Part shown: piece by piece, positions 1 to 7,856 of the stretch
How positions within the stretch are numbered: the stretch's first letter is position 1
Layout: each line of letters begins with the position of its first letter
DNA from: Clostridia bacterium
GTDB lineage: Bacteria; Bacillota; Clostridia; UBA1381
Direction of reading: 5' to 3'
Assembly: GCA_045637525.1 (NCBI GenBank)
Contig: JAZTZP010000150.1
Coordinates: 64,151 to 128,150, forward strand
Length of the DNA stretch: 64,000 nucleotides
Translations under genes and position numbers: made by a program
The notes under the pieces: model-generated
Database searches by the model: none
What the model was told of the DNA's origin: nothing
The model's input: only the letters and a program-made list of their open reading frames with translations

Positions 1-588
1 AACGATGCAACAGGTCCGAATGTATACCTGTATGAGTCATCAACGAGTGAGATTAGTTTTGAGAAATACTGCGGATACTATGAACAGGGCAAAACAGGTT
101 TGGGATGGTCTAACGGAAGTAACAATATTTCAACAGGTAAATATGCTCCGAGACCTCAGGTTCATGTAAAGTGGAGTGATGACGGTGCATCGGATGTAAC
201 ACAGTTAGTCACGGTTATTGCTCCGAGTAAGAATGCAACTAATCCTGTTAAGGCAATGCTTGACCGCTCGGATAAGACAATCGACAAAACAGCATATACA
301 TATCTTTTAAACAACGGTTCGAGCTTGTATTTCTCGTTCAGCCCGAATTGTCACAGTGTGTTTATTGATAATAACGAAATTAAAGCAAAAGGTGCAGTTT
401 ACACCAGGAGCGAAAACGGTGTCTTCGGAATTTTACTGGACTGTGAAAGAATAAATTCAGGTAGAATTAACGGAAGCTTTGCATTTGAAGTTAAAGACGG
501 AGTTATAAGTCTTTCAGATGAAATATGCACGCCGAAAAATTTTGAGTGGAAAGAAACTGAAAACGGACACTATCCGGTATATGAGTAA
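1..588 (+). CDS. 3' end of a larger ORF entering from the left window edge; product unknown
   Basis: Frame 1 is open from base 1 (NDATGPNVYLYESS...) and runs into the listed 100..588 ORF without a stop. Stop TAA at 586-588. I recognise no motif. Confidence 0.6.
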   Translation, partial: NDATGPNVYLYESSTSEISFEKYCGYYEQGKTGLGWSNGSNNISTGKYAPRPQVHVKWSDDGASDVTQLVTVIAPSKNATNPVKAMLDRSDKTIDKTAYTYLLNNGSSLYFSFSPNCHSVFIDNNEIKAKGAVYTRSENGVFGILLDCERINSGRINGSFAFEVKDGVISLSDEICTPKNFEWKETENGHYPVYE

Positions 589-649
589 ATGTTTACTGAT
601 AATATATTGCTTATATGTTTGCAATTATTTACTGAAAATTTTCAAAGCG

Positions 650-678
650 TTGACAAGTCAGGGGACATATAGTATAAT
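650..678 (+). promoter_or_regulatory. sigma-A type promoter for the 715.. operon
   Basis: TTGACA 650-655, 17-nt spacer, TATAAT 673-678. Confidence 0.6.
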
Positions 679-714
679 ATTTACAGATCCTATATAGTAA
701 AAGGAGTTATAATT

Positions 715-1422
715 ATGTATGATACAATTATTCTCGGCAGCGGTTTCTTTTCTTTCGGATATGCGCTTACTCATCCGAATTGTATAATAATTGAGAAGTC
801 GCAACTTTCAGACAGTAATTTTTACGGTTCTTATAACGGTTTTATACAGCCCGAATATGATATAATCAGTAAAGAATGTGTTGAGTTAAAAGAATATTTT
901 TTGAAGCTTGGAGTTTTGTCGCAAAACAGGATTAATGTAAATGCTCTGGAAAATGCTTTCTGCAGTTTTTTGAAGAACAAGTCATTAAATTTTCTTTTAA
1001 ATACGGATTTGGTTTCACTTTCCGAAACTGAAGATGGATTTTGTGTAAATATATATAATAATGCCGGTACGGATACTTTGTATTCGCGCCGGATTATTGA
1101 TACACGTATGAAAGATAAAAAGTATCTTAATGTGATCATTGAAGCGGATAGTAAAACTCGTGATGAGCTTTCAAAACAATATCCGGTTTCGGATGCTTTT
1201 TATCCGGATGAATATGTTATAACATACAAATCTGATAAAGACATTAATACCGCAAAGCTTGATTTTTATAATATGTGGAAAAGTCGAGTTCCGACCGATA
1301 AAAATAAAATTATTTCGTTTGCATATTCGATGCACGATAACGGTCAGAGTAACGGTATCGATGACTTATCATTCGGAAGCGTTTTAAAGGCGTTTGACTG
1401 TGGAGTTACATGGGATTTATAA
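715..1422 (+). CDS. hypothetical protein with an N-terminal dinucleotide-binding-like motif
   Basis: 235-aa ORF with AGGAG 8 nt upstream. The N-terminus DTIILGSGFFSFG resembles a Rossmann GxGxxG. The protein is too short for a complete two-domain flavoenzyme. Confidence 0.55.
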   Translation: MYDTIILGSGFFSFGYALTHPNCIIIEKSQLSDSNFYGSYNGFIQPEYDIISKECVELKEYFLKLGVLSQNRINVNALENAFCSFLKNKSLNFLLNTDLVSLSETEDGFCVNIYNNAGTDTLYSRRIIDTRMKDKKYLNVIIEADSKTRDELSKQYPVSDAFYPDEYVITYKSDKDINTAKLDFYNMWKSRVPTDKNKIISFAYSMHDNGQSNGIDDLSFGSVLKAFDCGVTWDL

Positions 1423-1447
1423 ATGCCGGAAAGGTCAGGTTCATTAA

Positions 1448-3307
1448 ATGAAAATTTATCGTTTTGAAAAATCAGAACATACAGAGTATTCAGAAGATAA
1501 TATAAATTTTGATTTGGTTTGTGATGTTCTTTGTGTCGGAATAGGTACTGCCGGAACATATGCTGCAATTTCTGCGGCACGTGCCGGTATGGATGTAATT
1601 GCGATAGAGCGTGATGAAAATATTGGCGGTATGCCTGTAACCGGAAGGGTTGGGGGCTACTACTACGGCTTTTCGGGCGGCACTTTTGAGAGTGTGGATA
1701 AATTATCTTCGGATGACAGTACAATATTTAAAGCAAATCCGCATTTTTTTGATTCAAGACAGATTCATATAACAGAGCTTATACACAGATATGATATAAG
1801 GTTATTTACAAGCTGTTTTGTAACAGGACTGTTTTTTGAAGATAATACTGCTGTTGGCGCTGAAGTGTGTTTGGGCGGAAAGAAATTATGCATTAAAACA
1901 AAATATATTATTGATTCCACATCAGACGGGCATCTTGTAAGGATGTGCGGTGTTAAGACTGTTTTTGGTCGCAGCACTGATAATAAGGCGATGCCGTTTA
2001 CGGTAAGAACTGAATATTTCAGATCCGACGGAGGGCACAGTTCTGTCAATAGCGACAGCGGGTATTGTAATCAGTATAAGCCTTTGGAATTTTCAAAGAA
2101 AATACTTGACGCTCATGCAAACGGTATGGAATACGTAAACAATGATGTAAGGTTTTTAGGACCTGCACCGATTTCCGGTGTTCGTGAAGGGATAAGATTT
2201 GAGGGAGAAGATTATTTATCATATAAGGATATTATATTAGATAATCAGCCCGAAAAAGTCTTGTTTTATGCGTATTCTGATATAGATAAGCATGGGTTTG
2301 ATCTCGCTGTTGATGAGGAATTGTATCAGAATTGGTGGGTAATCAGTAATCTTGCAACGGTAACTATTAAAATCGGCGTACCATTCGGCTGTATTGTTCC
2401 GAAAAATCTGAAGGGCATTGTAACGGCAGGAAGGTGTATTTCGGCAGATAACTATTCTATGGCTACTGTCAGAATGAATCGTGATATGTACCGCATGGGC
2501 GAATGTGTTGGAATTGCTTGCGCAAATGCAATCAGTGAAAAAACAGATGTATTAAACATTGACTATGAAAAATATGTTAGCGATGTAATGACTGCCGGAT
2601 GCTTTGACGGTAATTCTGCAAAAAAATTCGGATTTGATTATCCGGGAGGAAATAAACCGTATGTTTCGGTGGACTTTAATATGAGTGATGAACAGATTAT
2701 AGATATGCTCTCAACTGAAAAACCCGGATGCGCAATATGGTCCTGCTATATTTCGGACGGGCATATTGCGGATAAGCTTATTAAAATATTAAATTCCGAT
2801 TCTGATACGTTATTAAGGTATAATGCCGCCATTGCTCTCGGAATAATGGGGAATGAGGCGTGCCTTGATACATTATGTGAAATAGTTGAAAACAGAGATT
2901 GTTTTTATTTTAAAGATTGCCGGCGTTCAAATCAATTCAGAAGTGCTGTTGCGGTGTGTCTTTTAGGAAGACTCGGAAAAGAAGAGCAGCTTCAATTGCT
3001 TGAAGAGATTGTTTTCGGTGAAGATGAAATAAACAAACCTTTATATAATACTCTGAAAGCAGATTATTTATATCATCCCGGCGAGAACTTTAATTTTGTG
3101 TATTTTCAGCATTTTACGCATGCTGTAATGGCGGTTGTGAAGATATATAAAAGACTTCAGATGGATGCTGATGTATTAAAAAACAGACTTAAAGAATTGT
3201 TTGCAGATGATACAATTATAAGAAATGTAACACCTCTTGCATCGGATACTGCTGAGTATGCAGAGATTGCTGATTTTATGGAATATGTATTATCAATTGT
3301 TGTTTAG
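1448..3307 (+). CDS. FAD-dependent oxidoreductase with C-terminal HEAT-like repeats
   Basis: DVLCVGIGTAGTYAAISAARAGMDVIAIERDENIGG is a classic FAD-binding beta-alpha-beta. The C-terminal ~150 aa has HEAT/PBS-lyase-like repeats (YNAAIALGIMGNEACLDTLCEIV, AVAVCLLGRLGKEEQLQLLEEIV). Confidence 0.7.
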   Translation: MKIYRFEKSEHTEYSEDNINFDLVCDVLCVGIGTAGTYAAISAARAGMDVIAIERDENIGGMPVTGRVGGYYYGFSGGTFESVDKLSSDDSTIFKANPHFFDSRQIHITELIHRYDIRLFTSCFVTGLFFEDNTAVGAEVCLGGKKLCIKTKYIIDSTSDGHLVRMCGVKTVFGRSTDNKAMPFTVRTEYFRSDGGHSSVNSDSGYCNQYKPLEFSKKILDAHANGMEYVNNDVRFLGPAPISGVREGIRFEGEDYLSYKDIILDNQPEKVLFYAYSDIDKHGFDLAVDEELYQNWWVISNLATVTIKIGVPFGCIVPKNLKGIVTAGRCISADNYSMATVRMNRDMYRMGECVGIACANAISEKTDVLNIDYEKYVSDVMTAGCFDGNSAKKFGFDYPGGNKPYVSVDFNMSDEQIIDMLSTEKPGCAIWSCYISDGHIADKLIKILNSDSDTLLRYNAAIALGIMGNEACLDTLCEIVENRDCFYFKDCRRSNQFRSAVAVCLLGRLGKEEQLQLLEEIVFGEDEINKPLYNTLKADYLYHPGENFNFVYFQHFTHAVMAVVKIYKRLQMDADVLKNRLKELFADDTIIRNVTPLASDTAEYAEIADFMEYVLSIVV

Positions 3308-3362
3308 TACATGTATGCAATGTTACAATTTATTTACTTGGATAAAAAATTTTAAAAAAGTA

Positions 3363-3391
3363 TTGACAAAACAAGAAATATGTAGTATAAT
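3363..3391 (+). promoter_or_regulatory. sigma-A promoter of tRNA-Thr
   Basis: TTGACA 3363-3368, 17-nt spacer, TATAAT 3386-3391. The tRNA starts 17 nt downstream. Confidence 0.7.
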
Positions 3392-3407
3392 ATTTCTTGT
3401 TGTTAAT

Positions 3408-3483
<76 letters not shown>

Positions 3484-3486
3484 AAA

Positions 3487-3525
3487 AAACGACAGATTTC
3501 GACAAGGAAATCTGTCGTTTTTTTT
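3487..3525 (+). terminator. rho-independent terminator of tRNA-Thr
   Basis: An 11-14 bp perfect stem (aaacgacagatttc / gaaatctgtcgttt) with a 6-nt loop, followed by a run of 8 T. Confidence 0.85.
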
Positions 3526-3608
3526 GCTAAATTCGCCTGACGGTGAGCTAAATGTGTTAACGTACGCTAAATTACTTCGTAGCTAAATTGACTTTCGGTC
3601 AGCTGATG
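3526..3608 (+). repeat. array of 4 copies of the word GCTAAAT, each separated by a small hairpin
   Basis: GCTAAAT at 3526, 3547, 3566 and 3582, plus a degenerate GCTGAT at 3602. The spacers fold as tcgcc-tgac-ggtga, gtgt-taac-gtac (two wobbles), tac-ttc-gta and tgac-tttcg-gtca. Confidence 0.5.
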
Positions 3609-3633
3609 GCAAATTTAATTTATGGTGATACAG

Positions 3634-4302
3634 ATGAAAATAATTGCTCATATAAATACGGAATTTAAGGAAAAATTCGGAATACCCAGGCAAAGCGGAC
3701 TTGTTGAAGAAACAGTCGGAAAAATTGTTTTTGAAAAAGAATATAGAGTAAAAGAAGCATTAAGAGGATTAGAAGAATTTTCGCATATATGGGTTTTATG
3801 GGAGTTTTCAAAGAGCATAAGAAACGATTGGAGTCCGACTGTTAGACCACCGCTATTGGGCGGAAATAAAAGAATAGGTGTGTTTGCCACACGGTCTCCT
3901 TTCAGACCAAACCCGATTGGTTTGTCATGCGTGAAAATCGAAAAAATCGAGTATACGAGGGATGAAGGTCCGGTTATTTTTGTAAAAGGTGCAGACTTGC
4001 TTGATGGTACACCGATATATGATATAAAGCCGTATTTGCCTTATACCGACAGCCATCCCGAGGCTTCGGGCGGTTTTACCGATAATCTGACGGACAGAAG
4101 GCTTGACGTTAAAATTGATGATGAACGGTTTTATTCGCTGACGAGAGAAAAACAAAAAGAGATAGTGCAGATTTTATCACATGATCCCAGACCATCATAT
4201 AAAAATGAAGATTTTACCTACGGTTTTAATTATGGAGATTATGAAATTAAATTTCAGGTACAAAACGGCGAATTGATATTGACATCAATTGAGAATATAT
4301 AA
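3634..4302 (+). CDS. trmO: tRNA (N6-threonylcarbamoyladenosine(37)-N6)-methyltransferase TrmO (YaeB/TsaA family)
   Basis: Family hallmarks are FGIPRQSGL, FSHIWVLWEF and RIGVFATRSPFRPNPIGLS. ATG 3634 follows GGTGA by 5 nt. An upstream in-frame ATG at 3622 is the alternative start. Confidence 0.85.
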   Translation: MKIIAHINTEFKEKFGIPRQSGLVEETVGKIVFEKEYRVKEALRGLEEFSHIWVLWEFSKSIRNDWSPTVRPPLLGGNKRIGVFATRSPFRPNPIGLSCVKIEKIEYTRDEGPVIFVKGADLLDGTPIYDIKPYLPYTDSHPEASGGFTDNLTDRRLDVKIDDERFYSLTREKQKEIVQILSHDPRPSYKNEDFTYGFNYGDYEIKFQVQNGELILTSIENI

Positions 4303-4375
4303 TATATTATTTGTATAAAAAACACAAATTTAATTGGTTGATTTTGGGTAGTATGGTGAATTGTAAAGTTTTGTG

Positions 4376-4404
4376 TTGACAAATTTAAGTTGTTATGATA
4401 TAAT
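4376..4404 (+). promoter_or_regulatory. sigma-A promoter with extended -10
   Basis: TTGACA 4376-4381, 17-nt spacer, TGaTATAAT with TATAAT at 4399-4404. It leaves a ~220-nt leader before the CDS at 4626. Confidence 0.6.
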
Positions 4405-4438
4405 AGCTTTGAATTTTTTGAAAGGATAAAGAATTATC

Positions 4439-4570
4439 ATGGATTCTGACGAAGGCGATTGTAGTACGTCTTATATTAAACAGATTTATTTGAAATACAA
4501 GGCATTTTCGTATGCACTTCTTTGTGTGTCCGGATGTGTCTTTTTGTGTTTTAAAAAAATCCTGATATGA
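4439..4570 (+). CDS. candidate 43-codon leader or small membrane peptide (MDSDEGDCSTSYIKQIYLKYKAFSYALLCVSGCVFLCFKKILI)
   Basis: ATG 4439 to TGA 4568-4570, hand-translated. The head is acidic and the tail hydrophobic and Cys-rich. The SD-like AAAGGA is 12 nt upstream, which is suboptimal. Confidence 0.25.
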   Translation: MDSDEGDCSTSYIKQIYLKYKAFSYALLCVSGCVFLCFKKILI

Positions 4571-4625
4571 TTATAACTACGCGACAGACTAAGATTTTAA
4601 AATATATTAAGGAGAATTTTTTGAA

Positions 4626-5873
4626 ATGTCATCATACATTACTATTATGGTAGTACTTCTCATAATGTCAGCATATTTTTCGGCAACGGAAACTGCGTTT
4701 TCGTCTTTAAATAAAACAAGACTTAAAACTCTGATTGAAAAGGGGAATAAGCGTGCTAAGATGGCGCTTAAGCTGTCTGAGAATTATGATAAGCTGATAT
4801 CAACAATACTTATAGGAAATAATATCGTAAATATAGCTCTTGCATCAATCGGTACAGTTTTCTTTGTGCAGTACAATAAAGAGTTGGGAGCAACGATTTC
4901 TACGGCAGTAATAACCATAGTTGTTCTTATTTTCGGTGAAATAACCCCGAAAAGTGTGGCAAAGGACTGTCCTGAGAAGTTTGCAATGTTTTCTGCGCCT
5001 TTTATTAAGTTTCTTATATGGGTATTTATGCCTCTTAACTTTGTTTTTACTCTTTGGAAAAAAATGATTTCAAAGATGTTAAAGGTTGAGGAAAATAAGA
5101 AAATGTCGCAGGAAGAGCTTCTTATGTTCGTTGAAGAGGTTCAACAAGACGGTAGTATTGATACAAGCGGTGGAGATCTTTTGCGTAATGCAATAGAGTT
5201 TTCTGAACGCAAGGCGGAAGATATACTCACACACCGTGTGGATATTGAGGCTATGCCGGCAGATGCTGATAAGGAGGAAATTGCAAAGCTCTTTTCATCA
5301 ACTAAATTTTCAAGACTCCTTATTTATGATGATAATATTGATAATATCATTGGTGTAGTTCATCAGAAAGACTTCTACATAGACGGAGTCATAACACCTG
5401 AAAGCATCGATAAAATAATGACTGAGCCTATATTTGTTCAGCAGTTTGAGCGGATTGATAAGCTTCTTAAAATGCTCCAGAAAAATAAATCGCATATTGC
5501 GGTTGTTCTTGACGAGTATGGCGGAACTCTTGGTATCGTGACAATGGAGGATATTTTAGAAGAGCTTGTTGGTGAGATATGGGATGAGCACGACGAGGTA
5601 GTAGAAGATTTTGTGCAGGTAGATGAAAATACTTACAGAGTTGATTGTTCTGTAACAACAGATGATTTTTGTGAATACTTCGATATTGAATGTGAAACTT
5701 CAAGTGTGTCGCTCGGCGGCTGGGTAATGGAACAGCTTGAAAAAATTCCGGAAGAGGGCGATAAAATTACATTCGAAAATCTTGATATAAGGGTAATTGA
5801 AACTGATTTTCACCGGGTTACAAAAATTGAAGTGCTTGTATCGGATAAGCCTGACGAGGAAGACGAGGACTAA
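4626..5873 (+). CDS. CNNM/DUF21-CBS-CorC_HlyC family membrane protein (hemolysin-like, putative Mg/Co transport-related)
   Basis: N-terminal DUF21 membrane region (SAYFSATETAFSSLNKTRL) followed by a CBS pair. The C-terminal CorC/HlyC domain carries GGTLGIVTMEDILEELVGEIWDEHD. Confidence 0.85.
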   Translation: MSSYITIMVVLLIMSAYFSATETAFSSLNKTRLKTLIEKGNKRAKMALKLSENYDKLISTILIGNNIVNIALASIGTVFFVQYNKELGATISTAVITIVVLIFGEITPKSVAKDCPEKFAMFSAPFIKFLIWVFMPLNFVFTLWKKMISKMLKVEENKKMSQEELLMFVEEVQQDGSIDTSGGDLLRNAIEFSERKAEDILTHRVDIEAMPADADKEEIAKLFSSTKFSRLLIYDDNIDNIIGVVHQKDFYIDGVITPESIDKIMTEPIFVQQFERIDKLLKMLQKNKSHIAVVLDEYGGTLGIVTMEDILEELVGEIWDEHDEVVEDFVQVDENTYRVDCSVTTDDFCEYFDIECETSSVSLGGWVMEQLEKIPEEGDKITFENLDIRVIETDFHRVTKIEVLVSDKPDEEDED

Positions 5874-5929
5874 GCGTATCCGATAACTGCGTTATCTTTC
5901 ACAGGTAATTAAAAATTAGATTTTAAAGT

Positions 5930-5959
5930 GAACTGCTATCAAAAATAGCAGTTCTTTTT
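5930..5959 (+). terminator. rho-independent terminator
   Basis: 10-bp stem gaactgctat/atagcagttc with a 5-nt loop, then TTTTT. A second small hairpin gataac-tgc-gttatc lies at 5882-5896. Confidence 0.7.
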
Positions 5960-6069
5960 AAATTTTGATAAAATGTAAAATTTATGAAACGGGATGTTTT
6001 AAAACGGAAAAAACGGGTATATATATAACAAAGGCAGATATATCTGCCAACAAGGAAGGAGAGATCAGT

Positions 6070-6612
6070 ATGAGATTTACGATTATTGGAAGAAAATTAA
6101 CGATTACAGAGCAGAAGAGAGATTATATTGAGAAAAAGCTTTCAAAACTTGATAAGTTTTTTGACGGTGATACGGAAGCAAGAGTTGTAGTCGGTACCAT
6201 TAAGGATCTTGAATATATAGAGGCGAGTGTGTTCGCCGGAGGAATGATATATCGTGCCGAGGTGTCTGATTCAGACGTTCTGGCGGCTACTGATAAGCTT
6301 GTAGACGTAATTGAGCGTCAGATAAGAAAGAATAAGACGAAGCTTGCAAAGAGATTGAAGACTACGGAAAATGTGTGGGATAATGTGTTAATAAGCGGTG
6401 GTACGTATACTGAGGGCGAGAATAACGATAGGTTTGAAATTGTTAAAACAAAACGTTTTCATGTAAAACCGATGAGCCCTGAAGAAGCAGTTTTGCAGAT
6501 GAATTTATTAAATCACAATTTCTTCGTGTTTATTAATCAGACTACGGAAGAAATGAACGTTGTATATAAGAGAAATGATGGTAAATACGGATTGATTGAA
6601 TCTGTTGAATAA
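6070..6612 (+). CDS. hpf: ribosome hibernation promoting factor, long form
   Basis: MRFTIIGRKLTITEQKRDYIEKKLSKLDKFF plus a C-terminal dimerisation domain (FHVKPMSPEEAVLQMNLLNHNFFVFIN). ATG 6070 is preceded by AAGGAAGGAGAG. The track's longer 5965 start has no SD. Confidence 0.9.
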   Translation: MRFTIIGRKLTITEQKRDYIEKKLSKLDKFFDGDTEARVVVGTIKDLEYIEASVFAGGMIYRAEVSDSDVLAATDKLVDVIERQIRKNKTKLAKRLKTTENVWDNVLISGGTYTEGENNDRFEIVKTKRFHVKPMSPEEAVLQMNLLNHNFFVFINQTTEEMNVVYKRNDGKYGLIESVE

Positions 6613-6627
6613 TGAAAGGAATAGCTT

Positions 6628-7518
6628 ATGCGTCAGGTTATGGAATGTCGGGTAACGCCCGGAAAAACAATTAAACAGGTTTTGCACGGTGACTATCAGA
6701 TGTCCCGCGGGCTTGTATCTGCTTTAAAGAAAACTCCTGACGGAATATTAGTCAACGGTGAAAAGAAATATGTAAATTATGTGTTAAAGGAAGGTGACTG
6801 TTTGTGTGTTACCTTTGAGGAAACAGGCTCAATTAATATTGAGCCTGTTTGTATTCCGATTGATATTTTATATGAAGATGATTTTTTGCTTGCGGTAAAT
6901 AAACCGCCACATATGGCTGTTCATGTCTCGCATGGCAATGTATATGATACACTGTCAAACGCTGTGCTGTATTATCTTAATAAGAACGGAAGTGAGCATA
7001 CGTTTCACGTTGCCACAAGGCTTGATAAAAACACATCGGGGGTGGTGTTAATTGCAAAAAATTCTTATGCACATGATTTGCTTAGCAGACAGCTCAGAAA
7101 CAAAACTTTTTACAAGGAATATATTGCGGTTGTGTGTGGGAAAATGAACGGTTCGGGAACTATAAACCAACCGATAGCCCGTGAATGTGACAGTATAATT
7201 AAAAGATGCGTAAGACCGGATGGTGAGGAGGCAGTGACTGACTATGAGGTTATTGATACTGACAATAGCAATTCACTTGTGAGGATAGTTCCGAAAACAG
7301 GCAGAACGCACCAGATCCGGGTGCATATGTCGCATATAGGACATCCGATTGCGGGTGATGATATGTATGGTGCAGAAATAATTACAGCAGGCAGACATTT
7401 ACTGCATGCACACAAGATATCGTTTATTCATCCGTTTACAAAAGAAATATTGGAAATAATTGCCCCGTTATCGACAGATTTTTTTGAAAATTTTCAAAAA
7501 TTAGAAAATTACTATTGA
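6628..7518 (+). CDS. RluA-family pseudouridine synthase (RluD-like, with S4-like N-terminus)
   Basis: Catalytic motif ATRLDKNTSGVVLIAK. Other family strings are FLLAVNKPPHM and GRTHQIRVHMSHIGHPIAGDDMYG. Confidence 0.85.
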   Translation: MRQVMECRVTPGKTIKQVLHGDYQMSRGLVSALKKTPDGILVNGEKKYVNYVLKEGDCLCVTFEETGSINIEPVCIPIDILYEDDFLLAVNKPPHMAVHVSHGNVYDTLSNAVLYYLNKNGSEHTFHVATRLDKNTSGVVLIAKNSYAHDLLSRQLRNKTFYKEYIAVVCGKMNGSGTINQPIARECDSIIKRCVRPDGEEAVTDYEVIDTDNSNSLVRIVPKTGRTHQIRVHMSHIGHPIAGDDMYGAEIITAGRHLLHAHKISFIHPFTKEILEIIAPLSTDFFENFQKLENYY

Positions 7519-7543
7519 CAATTCTGATTTAATATGTTATAAT
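7515..7543 (+). promoter_or_regulatory. sigma-A promoter of tRNA-Ser (overlaps the stop codon of the upstream CDS)
   Basis: TTGACA 7515-7520, 17-nt spacer, TGtTATAAT with TATAAT at 7538-7543. Confidence 0.7.
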
Positions 7544-7557
7544 ATTTAAGTCAGTTT

Positions 7558-7645
7558 GGAGGGGTGGCCGAGAGGTTGAAGGCGCAGCATTGGAAATGCT
7601 GTGACGTGAAAGCGTTCGTGGGTTCGAATCCCATCCCTTCCTCCA
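7558..7645 (+). tRNA. tRNA-Ser (anticodon GGA), CCA encoded
   Basis: Acceptor GGAGGGG/CCCTTCC, anticodon stem CAGCA/TGCTG with loop TTGGAAA, long variable arm, T arm GTGGG-TTCGAAT-CCCAT, then T plus CCA. Confidence 0.9.
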
Positions 7646-7646
7646 G

Positions 7647-7677
7647 AAAAAAGCATCGACTTTGTCGGTGCTTTTTT
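7647..7677 (+). terminator. rho-independent terminator of tRNA-Ser
   Basis: 8-bp stem gcatcgac/gtcggtgc with loop ttt, followed by TTTTTT. Confidence 0.8.
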
Positions 7678-7680
7678 CAA

Positions 7681-7825
7681 CGAAATAAATCCTTTCAGGA
7701 TTTGTGAAATACCCTTCGGGCGTGAAATATTGCTTCGCAATGTGAAATACGCCTTTTGCGGCGTGTGGATTTATTTCATTTTACAGAAAGCGAAAGCTTT
7801 CTATTTCACAATTTCTGCAAGAAAT
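7681..7825. repeat. array of GTGAAATA words alternating with small variable hairpins, in direct and inverted orientation
   Basis: GTGAAATA at 7704, 7722 and 7742, with a variant CGAAATA at 7681. Its exact reverse complement TATTTCAC is at 7802. Hairpins are aatcc/ggatt, ccc-ttc-ggg, ttgc-ttc-gcaa, cgcc/ggcg, gaaagc-gaaa-gctttc and atttc-tgcaa-gaaat. Confidence 0.55.
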
Positions 7826-7856
7826 TATTTATTGAGTTATATCGTATCGAGTTTGT

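Noticed and set aside
5965-6069. N-terminal 35-codon extension of hpf given in the ORF track (MIKCKIYETG...)
   Set aside because: It has a non-ATG start and no SD. The internal ATG 6070 has a strong AAGGAAGGAGAG and yields the canonical HPF N-terminus.
7546-7740. 64-aa minus-strand ORF (MRSNISRPKGISQILKGF...)
   Set aside because: It is antisense to tRNA-Ser, its terminator and the GTGAAATA-hairpin array. Its periodic sequence is just the translated repeat. It has no SD.
3526-7825. Possibility that the short repeat arrays after the two tRNAs are CRISPR arrays
   Set aside because: The repeat word is only 7-8 nt and the spacers 9-14 nt, against about 28-37 and 30-40 nt for CRISPR. The spacers are self-complementary and no cas genes are present in the window.
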